Positions 1-11,961 of a DNA stretch of 64,000 nucleotides are shown piece by piece. The position numbers were made by a program, and so were the translations under genes. Positions within the stretch are counted from its first letter, which is position 1, and each line of letters starts with the position of its first letter. The notes beneath the pieces are model-generated. The model did no database searches. It was not told the DNA's origin and saw only the letters and a list, made by a program, of their open reading frames with translations. Origin of the DNA: an uncultured Mycoplasmataceae bacterium (GTDB lineage Bacteria > Bacillota_I > Bacilli_A > Mycoplasmatales > Mycoplasmoidaceae). The stretch covers positions 3,501-67,500 of the forward strand of contig CAMREV010000005.1 of assembly GCA_947041945.1 (NCBI GenBank), given 5' to 3'.

Positions 1-650
1 TTTTCATTACAAAAGAACTTATATGATTCAATAATTTTATCATGCATTTTATTATCATTTACAAAGCCCTTATATTTTGCTATTTCATTATTTGATAACT
101 CAAATTGTGGTTTTATAAGTATCACAGCATAAAAACTATATTTAAATAACTCAACAATCTTTTCAATAATTTTCTTGCAAGAAATGAATGAAACATCACA
201 AGTTATATAATCAATTTTTTTATCAAATAAATTATTTTGTACATCTTTAAAATTTAAATTCTCATAGTTTTTTATTTTTGGATTATTTTCAAGTTTTTTG
301 TCTAACTGTCCATAACCAACTTCAACTCCATAAATAAAATTTGCACCATTATTAAGACAAACTTCAATAAAGCCGCCGGTTGAAGAACCAATATCTAATA
401 TATTTTTATTTTTTAAATCTATCTTTCAATATTTTACTGCATGGTCTAATTTTATTGCAGCTCTAGATACAAATAATATATTATTTTTAATTTCTATTTT
501 ATCATTTTCATCTACAAAAAAACTTGCCTTATCAATAATCTTTCCGTTCACACTAACTGAATTATTCAATATAAGTTCTTTGGCCTTGTTTCTGCTATTT
601 ACAATTTTGTTTTCAAAAAGAAATAAATCTAATCTAATTTTATTTTTCAT
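1..650 (-). CDS. tlyA: TlyA-family rRNA 2'-O-methyltransferase (S4 domain + FtsJ-like SAM methyltransferase); 3' end runs off the window
   Basis: ORF 426..650 has an S4-type N-terminus. Reading the TGA at 426 as Trp continues into ...NILDIGSSTGGFIEV... (SAM-binding motif, ~361-420). The frame stays open to base 1. Confidence 0.7.
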
Positions 651-683
651 AAAGTAATTATAAAATTTTATATTAATAATTAT

Positions 684-1571
684 TTATTTTTTAAAAAATT
701 CTGAGCCGATCTTTGTTAGTTTTCTTCCCTTGCTACTTTTTTCTATAAATCTTATTTTAAATAAATATGGTTCAATTTTATTTAAAATTGTTTTTTCATC
801 TATATTCAGTGTCTGAGAAATTGTTTTGAGAGAAAGGGAAGATCTATCTTCTAATAAACTCAAATATCTTAAATCTAAATCACTTATTCCCTTTTCATAG
901 ATATTTAATTTTAATAGAATTTTATCAATATCTAATTTAGTACCTTGTTTAAAGTCTGATACTCTTTTATATATTTTTTTTGCAATTCTAGGTGTAAATT
1001 TTGAATGTTCGGCTATTTTTTTTAATTCATAATCACTTAATATTTTTTCTTTATTTTCATTATTTAATATACGAATTATTTCATCATTAGTATAATTATT
1101 TAAATTAATATTTATTCCAAACCTATCTTCAAAGGGGTCAGGTAATATTCCAAGTAATGTAGTGGCTCCAATCAAGGTGAACCTTGGAACACTTAAACAA
1201 GAAATTTTTTGATTTCCTTCTTTCCCTATATTTATATTTATTTTAAAATTATCCATTAAGTTATAAAGGATTTCAAAACAACCTTTATTAATTGAATGTA
1301 TTTCATCAATAAATAATATGTCTCCCTCCTTCAAAAAATATATTGTATTTAATATATCAATCCTTGTTTTTATTTCGGGGCCTTGAATTATTTTTATTGA
1401 AGTATCTAATTCTTTAGCTATGCATTTTGCTAAAGTGGTTTTTCCCATTCCAGGTTGTCCTGTTATTAAAATATGATCAAGTACTTTTTTATTTGTTTTT
1501 GAGGCTCTTATGAAAATTTGAATGTTATTTATAATTTCTTCTTTTCCAATAAAATTTTTAAAATTACTCAT
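684..1571 (-). CDS. ruvB: Holliday junction helicase RuvB
   Basis: Complete ORF with a true TAA stop. It has Walker A GQPGMGKTT and an AAA+ fold with a RuvB-type C-terminal winged helix. Confidence 0.95.
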   Translation of the reverse strand: MSNFKNFIGKEEIINNIQIFIRASKTNKKVLDHILITGQPGMGKTTLAKCIAKELDTSIKIIQGPEIKTRIDILNTIYFLKEGDILFIDEIHSINKGCFEILYNLMDNFKININIGKEGNQKISCLSVPRFTLIGATTLLGILPDPFEDRFGININLNNYTNDEIIRILNNENKEKILSDYELKKIAEHSKFTPRIAKKIYKRVSDFKQGTKLDIDKILLKLNIYEKGISDLDLRYLSLLEDRSSLSLKTISQTLNIDEKTILNKIEPYLFKIRFIEKSSKGRKLTKIGSEFFKK

Positions 1572-2157
1572 GGTTTTTTTCTTTTAATAAGTTTCTTTTT
1601 TCAATTGATATTTTTATTAAGTTTTCTATTGAATCCTTAAAATTTAATTCATTAATTATTTTCTTTATTTCCAATTTATCAAAGCCTAAATATTTTAAAT
1701 ACTCATTCAAATCTTTTCTCATAGATAATTCTTGTGTAGTCAAAAATTCTTTTTTGGTAGAAATATTTTCTATTTTAATGTTTGCAAGAAATAGATCCGC
1801 AATTCTTTTTGATATTTTATTATCTATAATAAAAAAATTTGTATTATTTGTCTTAATGTTGTCAATTAAATCTTTATAATTTATTTTCAAAATATTTAGA
1901 GCATTTTTTGGACCAATTCCATTAATAGAAATGATTTTTTCAAATAAATTCTTTTTTTCAATTGTTTCAAAACCAAAAAACTTGCTATGAATTGTCGAGT
2001 TTAAAAAAGTTTGTTTAACAAAAATATAAAATTTATATTCTTTATTAATTTTATATTCTTCAGTATTGTTCAAATGTATTCTGTAACCAATGTTGTTTGC
2101 TTGCAGAATAATTGAATCTTCTAGTTTGTCTTTTACTTGTCCTAAAATATATTCCAT
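1564..2157 (-). CDS. ruvA: Holliday junction DNA-binding protein RuvA
   Basis: ORF overlaps the ruvB start by 8 nt. It has an HhH-like INGIGPKNA segment and the expected size and position. Confidence 0.85.
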   Translation of the reverse strand: MEYILGQVKDKLEDSIILQANNIGYRIHLNNTEEYKINKEYKFYIFVKQTFLNSTIHSKFFGFETIEKKNLFEKIISINGIGPKNALNILKINYKDLIDNIKTNNTNFFIIDNKISKRIADLFLANIKIENISTKKEFLTTQELSMRKDLNEYLKYLGFDKLEIKKIINELNFKDSIENLIKISIEKRNLLKEKNHE

Positions 2158-2209
2158 TTTATCTCCATATATTCTTTATGGACATAAAAAAAATTAATTT
2201 ATTGAAAAA

Positions 2210-3838
2210 TTAATTTACTTTTTTTATTTCCTTTATTAAAAAGAGAATAGTTTTTTTATAGTTTTTATTTAGATAAAACTGTTCTGCAACATCTATTTTA
2301 TTAACAAATGATTTATTTTTTATTAAAAATTTATTTGAATACATCAATAATTCTTCAGCATAAAATCTTAATTTAATTTCTTTTTCAACATAAGATTTTG
2401 CTTTTATTAATTCTACTTTTTTATCAATAAGCATTTCATAAAATTTTTCATTAAATGCTTTTTTATAATTTCTATTTAACTCGCTTTCAAGATGTTCAAT
2501 AAATTCATAAATATAATCAACTTCATTTGATATTGAATTTGCTGAAATATCATATTCATCTATTGCTCCAATTATTTTAGCAATTGAAAATTTATAATTT
2601 GAGATTTCTTTAACAAAAGAAGAAAAGTTTGAATATTTATCTTCCAAAGATTTTATTACATAATTAATTGATATAAGTCAAGTGTAAATTAGGTTTATGG
2701 TATCATTCAAAAATGAAATATAGGTTTCCGCAGTATGATCATTTGGATTTTTATTATATTTTATTATTTTATATTTATCTAAAAGCTTATTTGTTAAATT
2801 ATATATGTATTTTATTCTTGAAAATATATGCTCATCATTTTTGAAATTTTCATGAATTAAATTAAGAACCGAATAAATATTATTTTCTTCATTCTTTATT
2901 TTAGAAAGTCAATCTAAGATTTGATCAGTATGTTCTGAAGAGAATGAATTAGTTTTAATTGTATATTTTAGTTTTGAATCAATATTATGTATTGCTTCAA
3001 AACAATCTTTTATGTCATTACCAATATTATCAAAAGAAGAAAACTTTAATTCATTTTTAATGTTTTTATATTTGCTTTTTAGTGATGAAAGATTCTTTTC
3101 AACAACAACATTATCTCTTTGTCTGATTGTTTTAATTCCACTTATTAAAAGTTTTTCAATTTCATTAATATTTGATTCAATAAATGAAAGAATTTTATCA
3201 ACTTTATAAGAATTTTTAAATAATTTTATCATGCTTGAAAATATATCATTAATATTTGTTGTAGTATCAAAGAAAGTATTTATATCAAATTCTCTTTTTA
3301 GATCATTCAAATCTTCTATTTCTCTATGAAGCTGCTTAAATTTAATATCCACAAATTCATTGTCATATTTTCTCATCAAATTTGCCTCAAAAAAATGCAT
3401 TGTATCTTTTAAAATTTCAGTGTATTGTATTAAAACATTTGAAATGTTTTCATAAAGAGTTGTACTAAGTTTTATTTTTTCATCATGTTCTCTTAATGAA
3501 GCAAAAATTTGATTTATATCTTCATTAATTATTTTTGAAACTTTTTGTGATTCAAATAAATTAAATTCTCCATTTAATTCAGTAAGGTATATTAAATTAT
3601 TTCTTAAAATATTTAATTTTGAATTGTACTCTGTTTGAAAATCAAAAGACATATTTATTATTGGATTAAAATAACCATCTAATTCGGAAACATTGTTTGT
3701 TGATTCAATTTTAGTTTTAAAATCAATTGTCTCTAAGAAATTAGAAGCTTTTTTAAATTTTATTTCTTTAATTCTAAGATTTCTTTTTCAAATAAAAATG
3801 GAAAAAGAAATTAGCAAAAAAAATAAACTAAGTGCCAT
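2210..3838 (-). CDS. Membrane-anchored coiled-coil protein, EzrA-like (septation ring formation regulator candidate)
   Basis: ORFs 2210..2647 and 2909..3652 share a frame. The junction at 2909 is TGA, and I found no in-frame TAA/TAG in 2648..2908. Upstream extension gives an N-terminal TM segment (..NSIVLMALSLFFLLISFSIFIW..) with ATG at 3838 (alternative GTG at 3871). The product is ~542 aa, TM plus long helical body, with a C-terminal ..AEELLMYSNKF..VAEQFYLNKNY.. resembling the EzrA C-terminus. Confidence 0.5.
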
Positions 3839-3905
3839 TAATACAATTGAATTTAAAAAGTATACATTCACGAACTACCTCAATCAACATAAATTATAAT
3901 TTATT

Positions 3906-4565
3906 TTATAAATTAATTTTAATAGTTTTTTTAGGTTTGCTTTTTATGAATTTAAAATTATCAAATAAGTTAAATAAATGATCAATTGTCTTGTCTAAAG
4001 ATTTAACGATTTTGTACGTATCTAAATAGTTTTTGTTATTAATTTTGTCTGATTTTACATTTAGATCCTTTTGTAAAAAATCCTCATATATTTTTAAAAA
4101 GTTATCTTTTAAATTTAAACTTTTTTTGTAATTTACTTCTGCTTGTTTTTGCTTTAACATTTTTATTACTTCTTGAAAAATATCTAGATAATTTTTAACT
4201 AATTTTTCTAAAGATTTTGTTATTTTTATTTCATTAGAATAAATGTCTAGTATCTTATTTGGATATTTTGATAAAGCTTCCATATCTTTTACAGAATGAA
4301 TCATGCTTATAATAAATCTTAAGTGATTTGCTCTTGGTTGATCCTTTGAAATTATTCAAATGCAATCATCTAAAATGTCTTTATTTTTTTTAACTGATTC
4401 TTCAGTATAAAAAGCAATCTTATCTTTTACTCTTTTATCATTTTTCTTTTCTAAAATATTTGCTCATAAAAATTTATGCATTTTTAATAAGTGTTCTAAA
4501 TTATCAAAAAATAATTCAGATAACTCCTTTTCAGATGAAAGAAGTGTGTTGTAATTTGATGGCAT
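3906..4565 (-). CDS. phoU: Phosphate transport system regulator PhoU
   Basis: ORF 3906..4304 extends in frame through TGA codons to ATG 4565, with no in-frame TAA/TAG. It has a PhoU-like ..RFIISMIHSVKDMEALS.. motif and lies directly downstream of pstB. Confidence 0.8.
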
Positions 4566-4568
4566 ATT

Positions 4569-5402
4569 TTAACCTATCTTTCCATTAATATAATCCTTTG
4601 TTTTTTTCTCAACAGGATTCATAAATATTTTTTTAGTTCTACCTTTTTCAACAATTTTCCCCTCATAGAAGAAAACTGTTTCATTGCTTATTCTTTGTGC
4701 TTGCGCCATTGAATGTGTAACTATTATAATAGTATATTTCTTTTTTAACTTTAATATAAGTTCTTCAATTTTGGATGTAGCTATTGGATCAAGAGCAGAT
4801 GTTGGTTCATCCATTAGTAAAACTTTTGGTTCTAATGCAATTGCTCTTGCAATACATAATCTTTGTTGTTGCCCACCAGATAAACTTTCACCTGAATCAT
4901 CCAAATTGTTCTTAACTTCTTCTCATAGAGCAACATCTTTCAATGCTTTTTCAACTAATTCAGTAAGTGTTTTTTTATCTCTAATACCATGAGATCTAGG
5001 ACCATAAGCAACATTTTCAAAAATTGAAATTGGAAAAGGAGTAGGTTTTTGAAAAACCATTCCTATTTCTGTTCTAATTCTAGTTATTTCAGAATTTTTT
5101 ACTTGAATATTTTTAGATTCAAAAAAAATACTTCCTTCTTGTTTGATTCCTTCTATTAAATCATTCATTCTATTTAGAGATCTTAAAAAACTTGATTTTC
5201 CACATCCTGATGGTCCAATTAGTGATGTAATTTTATTCTTTTTTAAATTGATGTTAATATCAAATAATGCTTGTTTGGAACCGTTTTTATATCAAAGATT
5301 AAAATCAGATACTTCAAAAGAGTTTTCAAAATCAAAATCTTTTTTTACTTCGACAATTTTTGTATTGTTTTTTGAAAATTTTTCTTTGATTTTTTTATAC
5401 AT
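4569..5402 (-). CDS. pstB: Phosphate ABC transporter ATP-binding protein PstB
   Basis: ORFs 4569..4904 and 4923..5168 share a frame that extends to ATG 5402. It has Walker [10 protein letters not shown], signature LSGGQQQR and Walker B LLMDEP. Confidence 0.95.
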
Positions 5403-7368
5403 TTCTTTTCCTTTTTGTAAAAACTAATATTTTATAATAATAATCTTTTAGTTCGCTAGTTATATTTTTTCAATTTGGTATAATAGCATAACCTATAACT
5501 ATTAGTGCAAGCACTAACATTATAGTTACAAATGCTGCTTCATATTGAATATTTTTTGAATCTGGTGTGTTTGAAAATATCTGACCATATATTTGTGTGG
5601 TTAATGATGTACCTGGTCTGTTTAATGATATTTTCTTTGAAGATGATAATCCTGCAGTTAAATATAATGGTGCAGTTTCTGATAAAACTCTTCCTATTGT
5701 TAAAACAATTGAAGTAATAATTCCATTGAAGGCAATTGGCAATATTAGTTTTCTAATTGTTTCAAATTTTGTACTACCTAATGCATAAGAATTTATTCTT
5801 ACATTTTTAGAAACATTTGATAGTGATTGATTAAGAATTCTAGTGAAACTTGGAATTATTACAATTACCATTGTCAAACAACCTGCAATAATTGAGTTCC
5901 CTGTTGAACCTGTATTTGTTAAACCTAGTGTTTCAATAAAGAATAGCAATCCAAACATACCAAATAGGATTGATGGAGTTGAACCTAAACTATCTATGAA
6001 GAATAAAATTATTCTTTTAAACTTTCCATCTTTTGCATATTCACTTAAGAAAATTGCAATGAATAAACAAATTGGAAAAGAAATTATTAGTGTTACAAGG
6101 ATAATTATCAATGTATTTAAAAAAGACTGACCTATTTGATTTTGTCCATACATAAACATTGAAGAAGTTGGTAATGTTGATGCACCTACACCCTTAACAA
6201 AAATATCTCCAAAAATTCAAAATAGAAATGAGAAACAAATAATTATAGAAAATCACTCTCAAAATATTTTATAAAAAGAATAAAAATCTCTTAGCTTATG
6301 ATTATTAATTCTGTCTTTTGTGTAATCAATACATTCACTAATATTGTTTCTAGAATATTTAGATCTAAAAAACATTAAATCAAATAAATAAACCATGTTA
6401 TTTGGAATATACATAATCACATTATGAACTTTATTTTCAAATGCTTTCATTCTTCCGCTATTTTGTTTTTTCTTTCTTGAAAAAATGATAACTATTATAT
6501 TTAATATCATTGCAAATATTAACATTAATAAACCAAATGCATATAAAAGAGGTCTTGTTTGTTCTGGATTTGCATCAGCAAACATATTTTGAGAAATATA
6601 AGCACCAATTGTTTGGCTTGCGGAATTAAATAATTCAAAGAAACCATCATCAAACATTGAATTACTTGGACCTGATTGTAATATCATAGAAACGGCCATT
6701 GATTCACTAATAGATCTACCTAATGCAACTATCACAGCAATCAATATACCTTTGTTAGCTTCTTTTTTATAGACTTTATAAATTGCAGCTGTCTTTGTAC
6801 TTCCCATTGCAATCGGATTAGTTAATAAATTTCTATCAATACTTTCAAGTGTATTAATTGTCATTGCGATTATTGTTGGTAATATCATGAATGAAAGCAT
6901 TATTGATGCAGTAAATACTGAGAATGAATTAATTCCAAAAAGATTATTAAACAAAACACCCAATGAATTAATTGCAAATAAACCAAAAATAACTGAAGGA
7001 ACCCCCGAAAGAACTTCGAATGCTATTCTAAGAGTTTTTCTATATTTCTTATTTACTCTAAAAGTTATAAATATTGCTGTTTTTGTACCTAAGGGAACCG
7101 CAACAATTAAAGCTATTAATGATGTAAGAATTGATATTGTAAATGGTAATCAAAATGAAAATTGAGCAGGAACACCCTCAACAGCTTGACCAAAATTTAT
7201 TGTAAACAAAATGTTTTCAATGCCAAATAAGTGAAAACCTTCACCAGCCTTAACTGAAATAAAAATAATTAAGCATAAAAATAAAACTATTAAAAATGAA
7301 GAAAATATTATTGAACAATTTTTAAAGACAGAGTCTTTTCTATTTTTAATTTTTGATAATCTATCCAT
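5395..7368 (-). CDS. pstA: Fused PstC/PstA phosphate ABC permease
   Basis: Pieces 7150..7368, 6259..6963 and 5470..6159 share one frame. The junction stops at 7150, 6259 and 5470 are all TGA. The true TAA is at 5395..5397 and overlaps the pstB ATG. The product is a multi-TM permease of ~657 aa. Confidence 0.85.
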
Positions 7369-8456
7369 TATTTTGCACCATTATAACCAAGATCAATATC
7401 AGGAACTCAAAAGTTTTTTACTTGACTCATAGTTTCTTTTTGTTGTGGTGTTAATTCAATATATCCAGCATTTTTTATCACATCTTTTGGTACTGAATTA
7501 TTTGAAATTATTCATTCAGCAAATAATCTAATATGTGGTCTATCTGTAGCTAAAGAAACCATCATATTTAGAGGTCTATATCAATCGTAACCTTTTGTTA
7601 TATTTATAGCGTCAATCGTGGTATCTGCTCCATATGTAGCTATCTTAAACCCAGCACCTTCAATTTCTGATTTATTACTATTAATGAAACCTGCAGATAA
7701 ATATATCATTGAACCATTTTTATTATGAGCTTTGAAAAAGCTTCAAGCTTGTGAATTTGATTCAGCAGTTTTGAATGTATTTCTACCATACTGACCATCA
7801 GATAAAGCATTATCAATTTGTTGTTCTTTTATAGGATCTCTTATTTCATCTTTTCAATTTTTAAAACCTGAATCTTTAAAAAATGCATCAGCAGTTCCAG
7901 ATTGTTTTCCGCCACCATCTCTAGCGTAAGGTACAATATTTGTTTTACTTTTAGAACCAATATCAGAAAATGGCACATTATCAAAACCTGCAAATGCTAA
8001 ATATATCTTTGCAATTGTAGCTTGAGTAATATTTAATTGAAAATCAATGTCATCTGATGGTGGTTTGTAAACAACACCCATACCATCTCATGCAATAGTA
8101 ATAGTTTTTATTTTTCTATTCACTCAATCTCTAGCTTCTTTTTGTGCTTTTTCATTTTCTGGAGTAGTAGGTTCAGTTAATGATGCAAATTTAATTTTAG
8201 GATCTTTAGAAGCCATTCCAATGTCTTTTTTACCATTTACTACAACTTGCATTCCTAAACCAGAACCTCCAGCTTGTACAACAACATCAGCATCATAATA
8301 TTGATTTGCAAGTGAAGTCATTAATGGAGATACTGCAGAAGAACCAGCAGCATTTATAGTTGGGAAATTATCAGGAACTGATAAATAGATAATTGCACCA
8401 GCCATTGATGCAAATAATAAAGATGAGATTATTATTTTGATTTTTTTCATTTTCAT
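7368..8456 (-). CDS. pstS: Phosphate-binding protein PstS (signal-anchored)
   Basis: Pieces 8124..8456 and 7854..8081 share a frame joined by TGA. I checked for in-frame TAA/TAG down to the TAA at 7368..7370, which overlaps the pstA ATG by 1 nt. It has an N-terminal hydrophobic signal and the PBP motif ..AAGSSAVSPL.. Confidence 0.8.
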
Positions 8457-8462
8457 ACTTAC

Positions 8463-8514
8463 ATTATAAAAGTAAAGAACATAAATACATTAAAATAAAA
8501 ATAATATACATTAA
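8463..8514 (-). promoter_or_regulatory. Candidate pst promoter: TATAAT plus two direct TTAATGTAT repeats
   Basis: On the minus strand there is TATAAT at 8468..8463. Identical 9-mers TTAATGTAT sit at 8493..8485 and 8514..8506 (21-nt period), and the proximal one lies where a -35 would be. Confidence 0.3.
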
Positions 8515-8530
8515 GAAAATTTAATATATA

Positions 8531-9211
8531 TTATTGTTCTTTTTTTGATAAAAAATAACCTTTATTTCTAACTGAGTATAAATATTTTTGATTTAATTTT
8601 TTCTTAATAGAGGACATAAATACTTCTAAACTATTTGAATTCAAATCATCATATCCTCATATAGACTTAATTAAGAATGATTTTGAAATACATTTTTCAT
8701 CTGCCTTCATTAATTTTCTTATTATTCTGTATTCAATTTTTGTAGTGTTTAAAATTTCATTATTCAAGTAAATTATATTTGAATCCTTATCAACAACAAA
8801 ATCACCATATTTTTCAATATTTGAAAAGTACTTTGAATTAAGAATTTCATACATTCTAATTAATGAGTCTATTTTTGCTTTAAGAATTTTTGGTTCTAAT
8901 GGCGCACTTATGTAATCATTAATACCTCTTCTATATGCTCTTAATATATTTTCTAAAGTAAGTTTGTGACCATAAGCAATAATATGAGTAAATAAATGTT
9001 CAGACTTAATGTCTTTAATCATTTTTAAAGTTGAATCATAGTCTTTGTCTAAAGATAAAACTATTATGTCATAGTAGTTAACTTTAATCAAAGGAGCTGT
9101 TTTCTCAATATCTGAATTATATGTAACTTCATAACCCTCTTCATAAAGCTCTGCTTTTAAAGAAGAAAGAGTTTTTGAATCTTTATACATCATTAATATT
9201 TTAGTTTTCAT
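8531..9211 (-). CDS. OmpR/PhoB-family winged-helix response-regulator-like protein with a degenerate receiver domain
   Basis: ORF 8657..9229 reads through the TGA at 8657 to TAA 8531. ATG 9211 overlaps the metG stop by 11 nt. The C-terminus ..EYRIIRKLM...SIWGYDD...LEVFMSSIKKKL...VRNKGYFL is a typical OmpR/PhoB wHTH. The receiver keeps a ..IIVLSLD.. Asp but lacks the acidic pair ([10 protein letters not shown]) and the conserved Lys (DYISAPL). Confidence 0.7.
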
Positions 9212-10751
9212 TTTTTTCAATTCTTTCAAATAAAATTTTTGAATTATTTACTTTGATGTTATCAATACTATCAAATTTATTAATTTCAATTATAGTAAAT
9301 AAATCTTTTGGAAAACCAAATTGCTCTCATGCTTCTTTTGATTTAGAAACAAGTATAGGACTTATATAGAATATAAGTATTTTTACACTATTTGATAATA
9401 ATGATAGAAAATACATTAAATCATCTATTTTGTTTTCTTTAAATAAATTTCAAGGTTTATTGATCTCAATAAATGAATTAATATTGTTCTCTAAAATATT
9501 AATTTCTTTAACAATTAAATTAACATCTAATGTGTTAATTGTTTTTTCAATTTTACTAGTAAAATCAATAATTGTATTTTCAAATGAAACTAAATCATTA
9601 TTTTCAGTTCTTGAATACTTAGGAATTGTTTCGTTACTATATTTGTTTATTAATCCTAAAGTTCTGTTTATTATGTTTCCAAAATTATTACATAAATCGG
9701 CATTATGAGTTGTAACTAATAAATCTTCTGAAAAAGTACTATCATTTATCATTGATATTTCTTTCATAAGATAGTATCTAATTGAATCAGATCCAAACTT
9801 ATTAATTAATTCAAATGGATCAACAACATTACCAATAGATTTAGACATTTTTCCTTGGCTAGTTATAATTCAACCATGTGAAATTATTTTTGAAGGTAAT
9901 CTATAATTAAGCATTTTTAAAATAATAGGTCAATATATGCAATGGAATCTTGTAATTTCTTTTGAAAGTAAGTGTACTATTTCTGTTTTATCATCGTTTC
10001 AATATTTATCTACAAAACTATCATTACATATTGATAATCCAGAAATATAGTTTAGTAAAGCATCAAGTCAAACATATATCTTATGATTCTTGTCTTCTTT
10101 TATTTCCACACCTCAATTTAAATTATTTCTTGAAATAGAAAGATCTCTAAATTCATCATTTAGGAAATTATTTTTTAACTCAAGAACTCTTGAAGTTGGA
10201 TCAATAACAATTTCTTGATTGTCCAAAACATTAATTATTCATTCTTTAAATTCAGTTGTTTTAAGAAAATATGATTCTTCAGATCTGGAAATTATCTCGT
10301 GGCCATGTTCACAATATTTTTTATCATCTTTTATTACAACTTTTTTATCAACAATATCTTCCTCACACTGAATGCAATAAAGAGATACTCAGTTATCTAA
10401 ATATATAAATTTTTTTGAGTAAAGAGTTGAAAATTTTTCTTGAACAAATTTTTTATGTTTTTCATTTGTTGTTCTTATAAAGAAGTTTGGTTCAACTTGT
10501 AAATCTTTTCAAAGTTTTTCAAATATTAGTGAGTTTTTATCAACCAATTCTTGACATGAAATATTTTCTCTTTTAGCAATTGTTTCAATTTTTTGTCCAT
10601 GCTCATCCATACCAGTAATAAAGAAAGTATCATATCCAATAATTTTTTTATATCTTGAAATTACATCAGCTAAAATCGTTGTGTATGCATGACCAATATG
10701 TGGTTTGCCAGATGAATAGTATATTGGTGTGCTTATATAAAATTTTTTCAT
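9201..10751 (-). CDS. metG: Methionyl-tRNA synthetase
   Basis: Pieces 10509..10751 and 9450..9848 share a frame. It has the HIGH motif (KPHIGHAY) and KMSKS. The in-frame TAA at 9201..9203 was found by hand. Confidence 0.95.
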
Positions 10752-10752
10752 G

Positions 10753-11961
10753 CTATACTCCTTGTTTAATTTTATCTCAATATTTTAAAATTTTGTTTTC
10801 AATAGTGCTATGCTTGGGTGGATTGTAATATTTTTTATTATTCATTTGTTTTGGCAAATAGTTTTGTTTAACTCAACCATTTGGATAATTATGAGGATAA
10901 ATATATTTTCCATTATTATTTTTTCTTATATGAGGAGGAATATCATATTTTTTTCCATTTTCAATATCATTAATTGCTTCTGAAATTGCAGTTGTTGCTG
11001 AATTTGATTTTGGAGATAATGCAAGCTCTAATACAATATAGGAAAGAATATACTTAGCTTCAGGCATTCCAACTTCTTTTGAACTTGAAATTGCATTATA
11101 GACTCTAGAAAGTAAGCTAGGGTTTGCTAATCCAATATCTTCATAGGCACAAATTAATATTCTTCTTCCAATTGTTTGGATATCTGATGATTCTAATAAT
11201 CTTGCAAGTCAATAAATTGCAGCATCTGGATCACTACCCCTAATTGATTTTTGTAATGCAGATTTTAAATCATGAATTTCATCGCCTTCTTTATAAAGTC
11301 TTGAATAATTTCCAAATGGAATATCTAGCACTTCCTTTTCATTTATAATATTTTCTTTATGAATACTAAATAAAATTTCTAATGAATTTATTGCACTTCT
11401 GTAATCACCTAAATTTTTATTAACAATTAAGTCCAATGCTTCTGGTGTAATATTTATTGAATTCTTTTTGGCAATATTTTCTAAACCCTTTTTAATATCT
11501 TTCTCACTTAAAGAGTAAAGTTCTATTAACTTGCATCTACTTCTAATGGCAGGATTTATTACAAAATATGGATTCTCTGTTGTTGTGCCAAAAAGAATTA
11601 AATTTCCTTTTTCTAGGAAACTTAATAAAACATCTTGTTTGTCTCTATTCATTCGATGAATTTCATCAATTATTACTACATAGTTACCTGAAGAAATTTT
11701 AGACATTTCAATTATTTCTTCAAGAACATTTTTTTTATCAAAAGCTGCATTAAATACTCTATATGGTAAATTCATTGTTTTACATATTGATATAGCAAGC
11801 GATGTTTTACCAACTCCTGGTTGGCCATGAAAAATAATTGAAAAAACAAAATTGCTTTTTATCATGTTAGTAATAATTTTATTTTCACCAATTAAGTGAT
11901 CTTGACCAATAATTTCATTTATATTAGTTGGTCTCTCTAAGAAAGAAATTAAACTTTTCAT
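10753..11961 (-). CDS. rarA: Replication-associated recombination protein A (RarA/MgsA AAA+ ATPase)
   Basis: Pieces 11209..11961 and 10873..11067 share a frame joined by TGA, with TAG at 10753..10755. It has Walker [10 protein letters not shown] and a RarA-type C-terminus. Confidence 0.85.

Noticed and set aside
3693-3899. A 68-aa plus-strand ORF between phoU and the EzrA-like gene.
   Set aside because: The opposite strand in the EzrA-like frame encodes its N-terminal TM anchor and linker, continuous with ORF 2909..3652.
8457-9450. A search for a histidine kinase partner next to the response-regulator-like gene.
   Set aside because: The flanks are fully occupied by metG and pstS. I found no HisKA or HATPase-like motifs (H-box, N/G1/G2 boxes) in any frame in the window.
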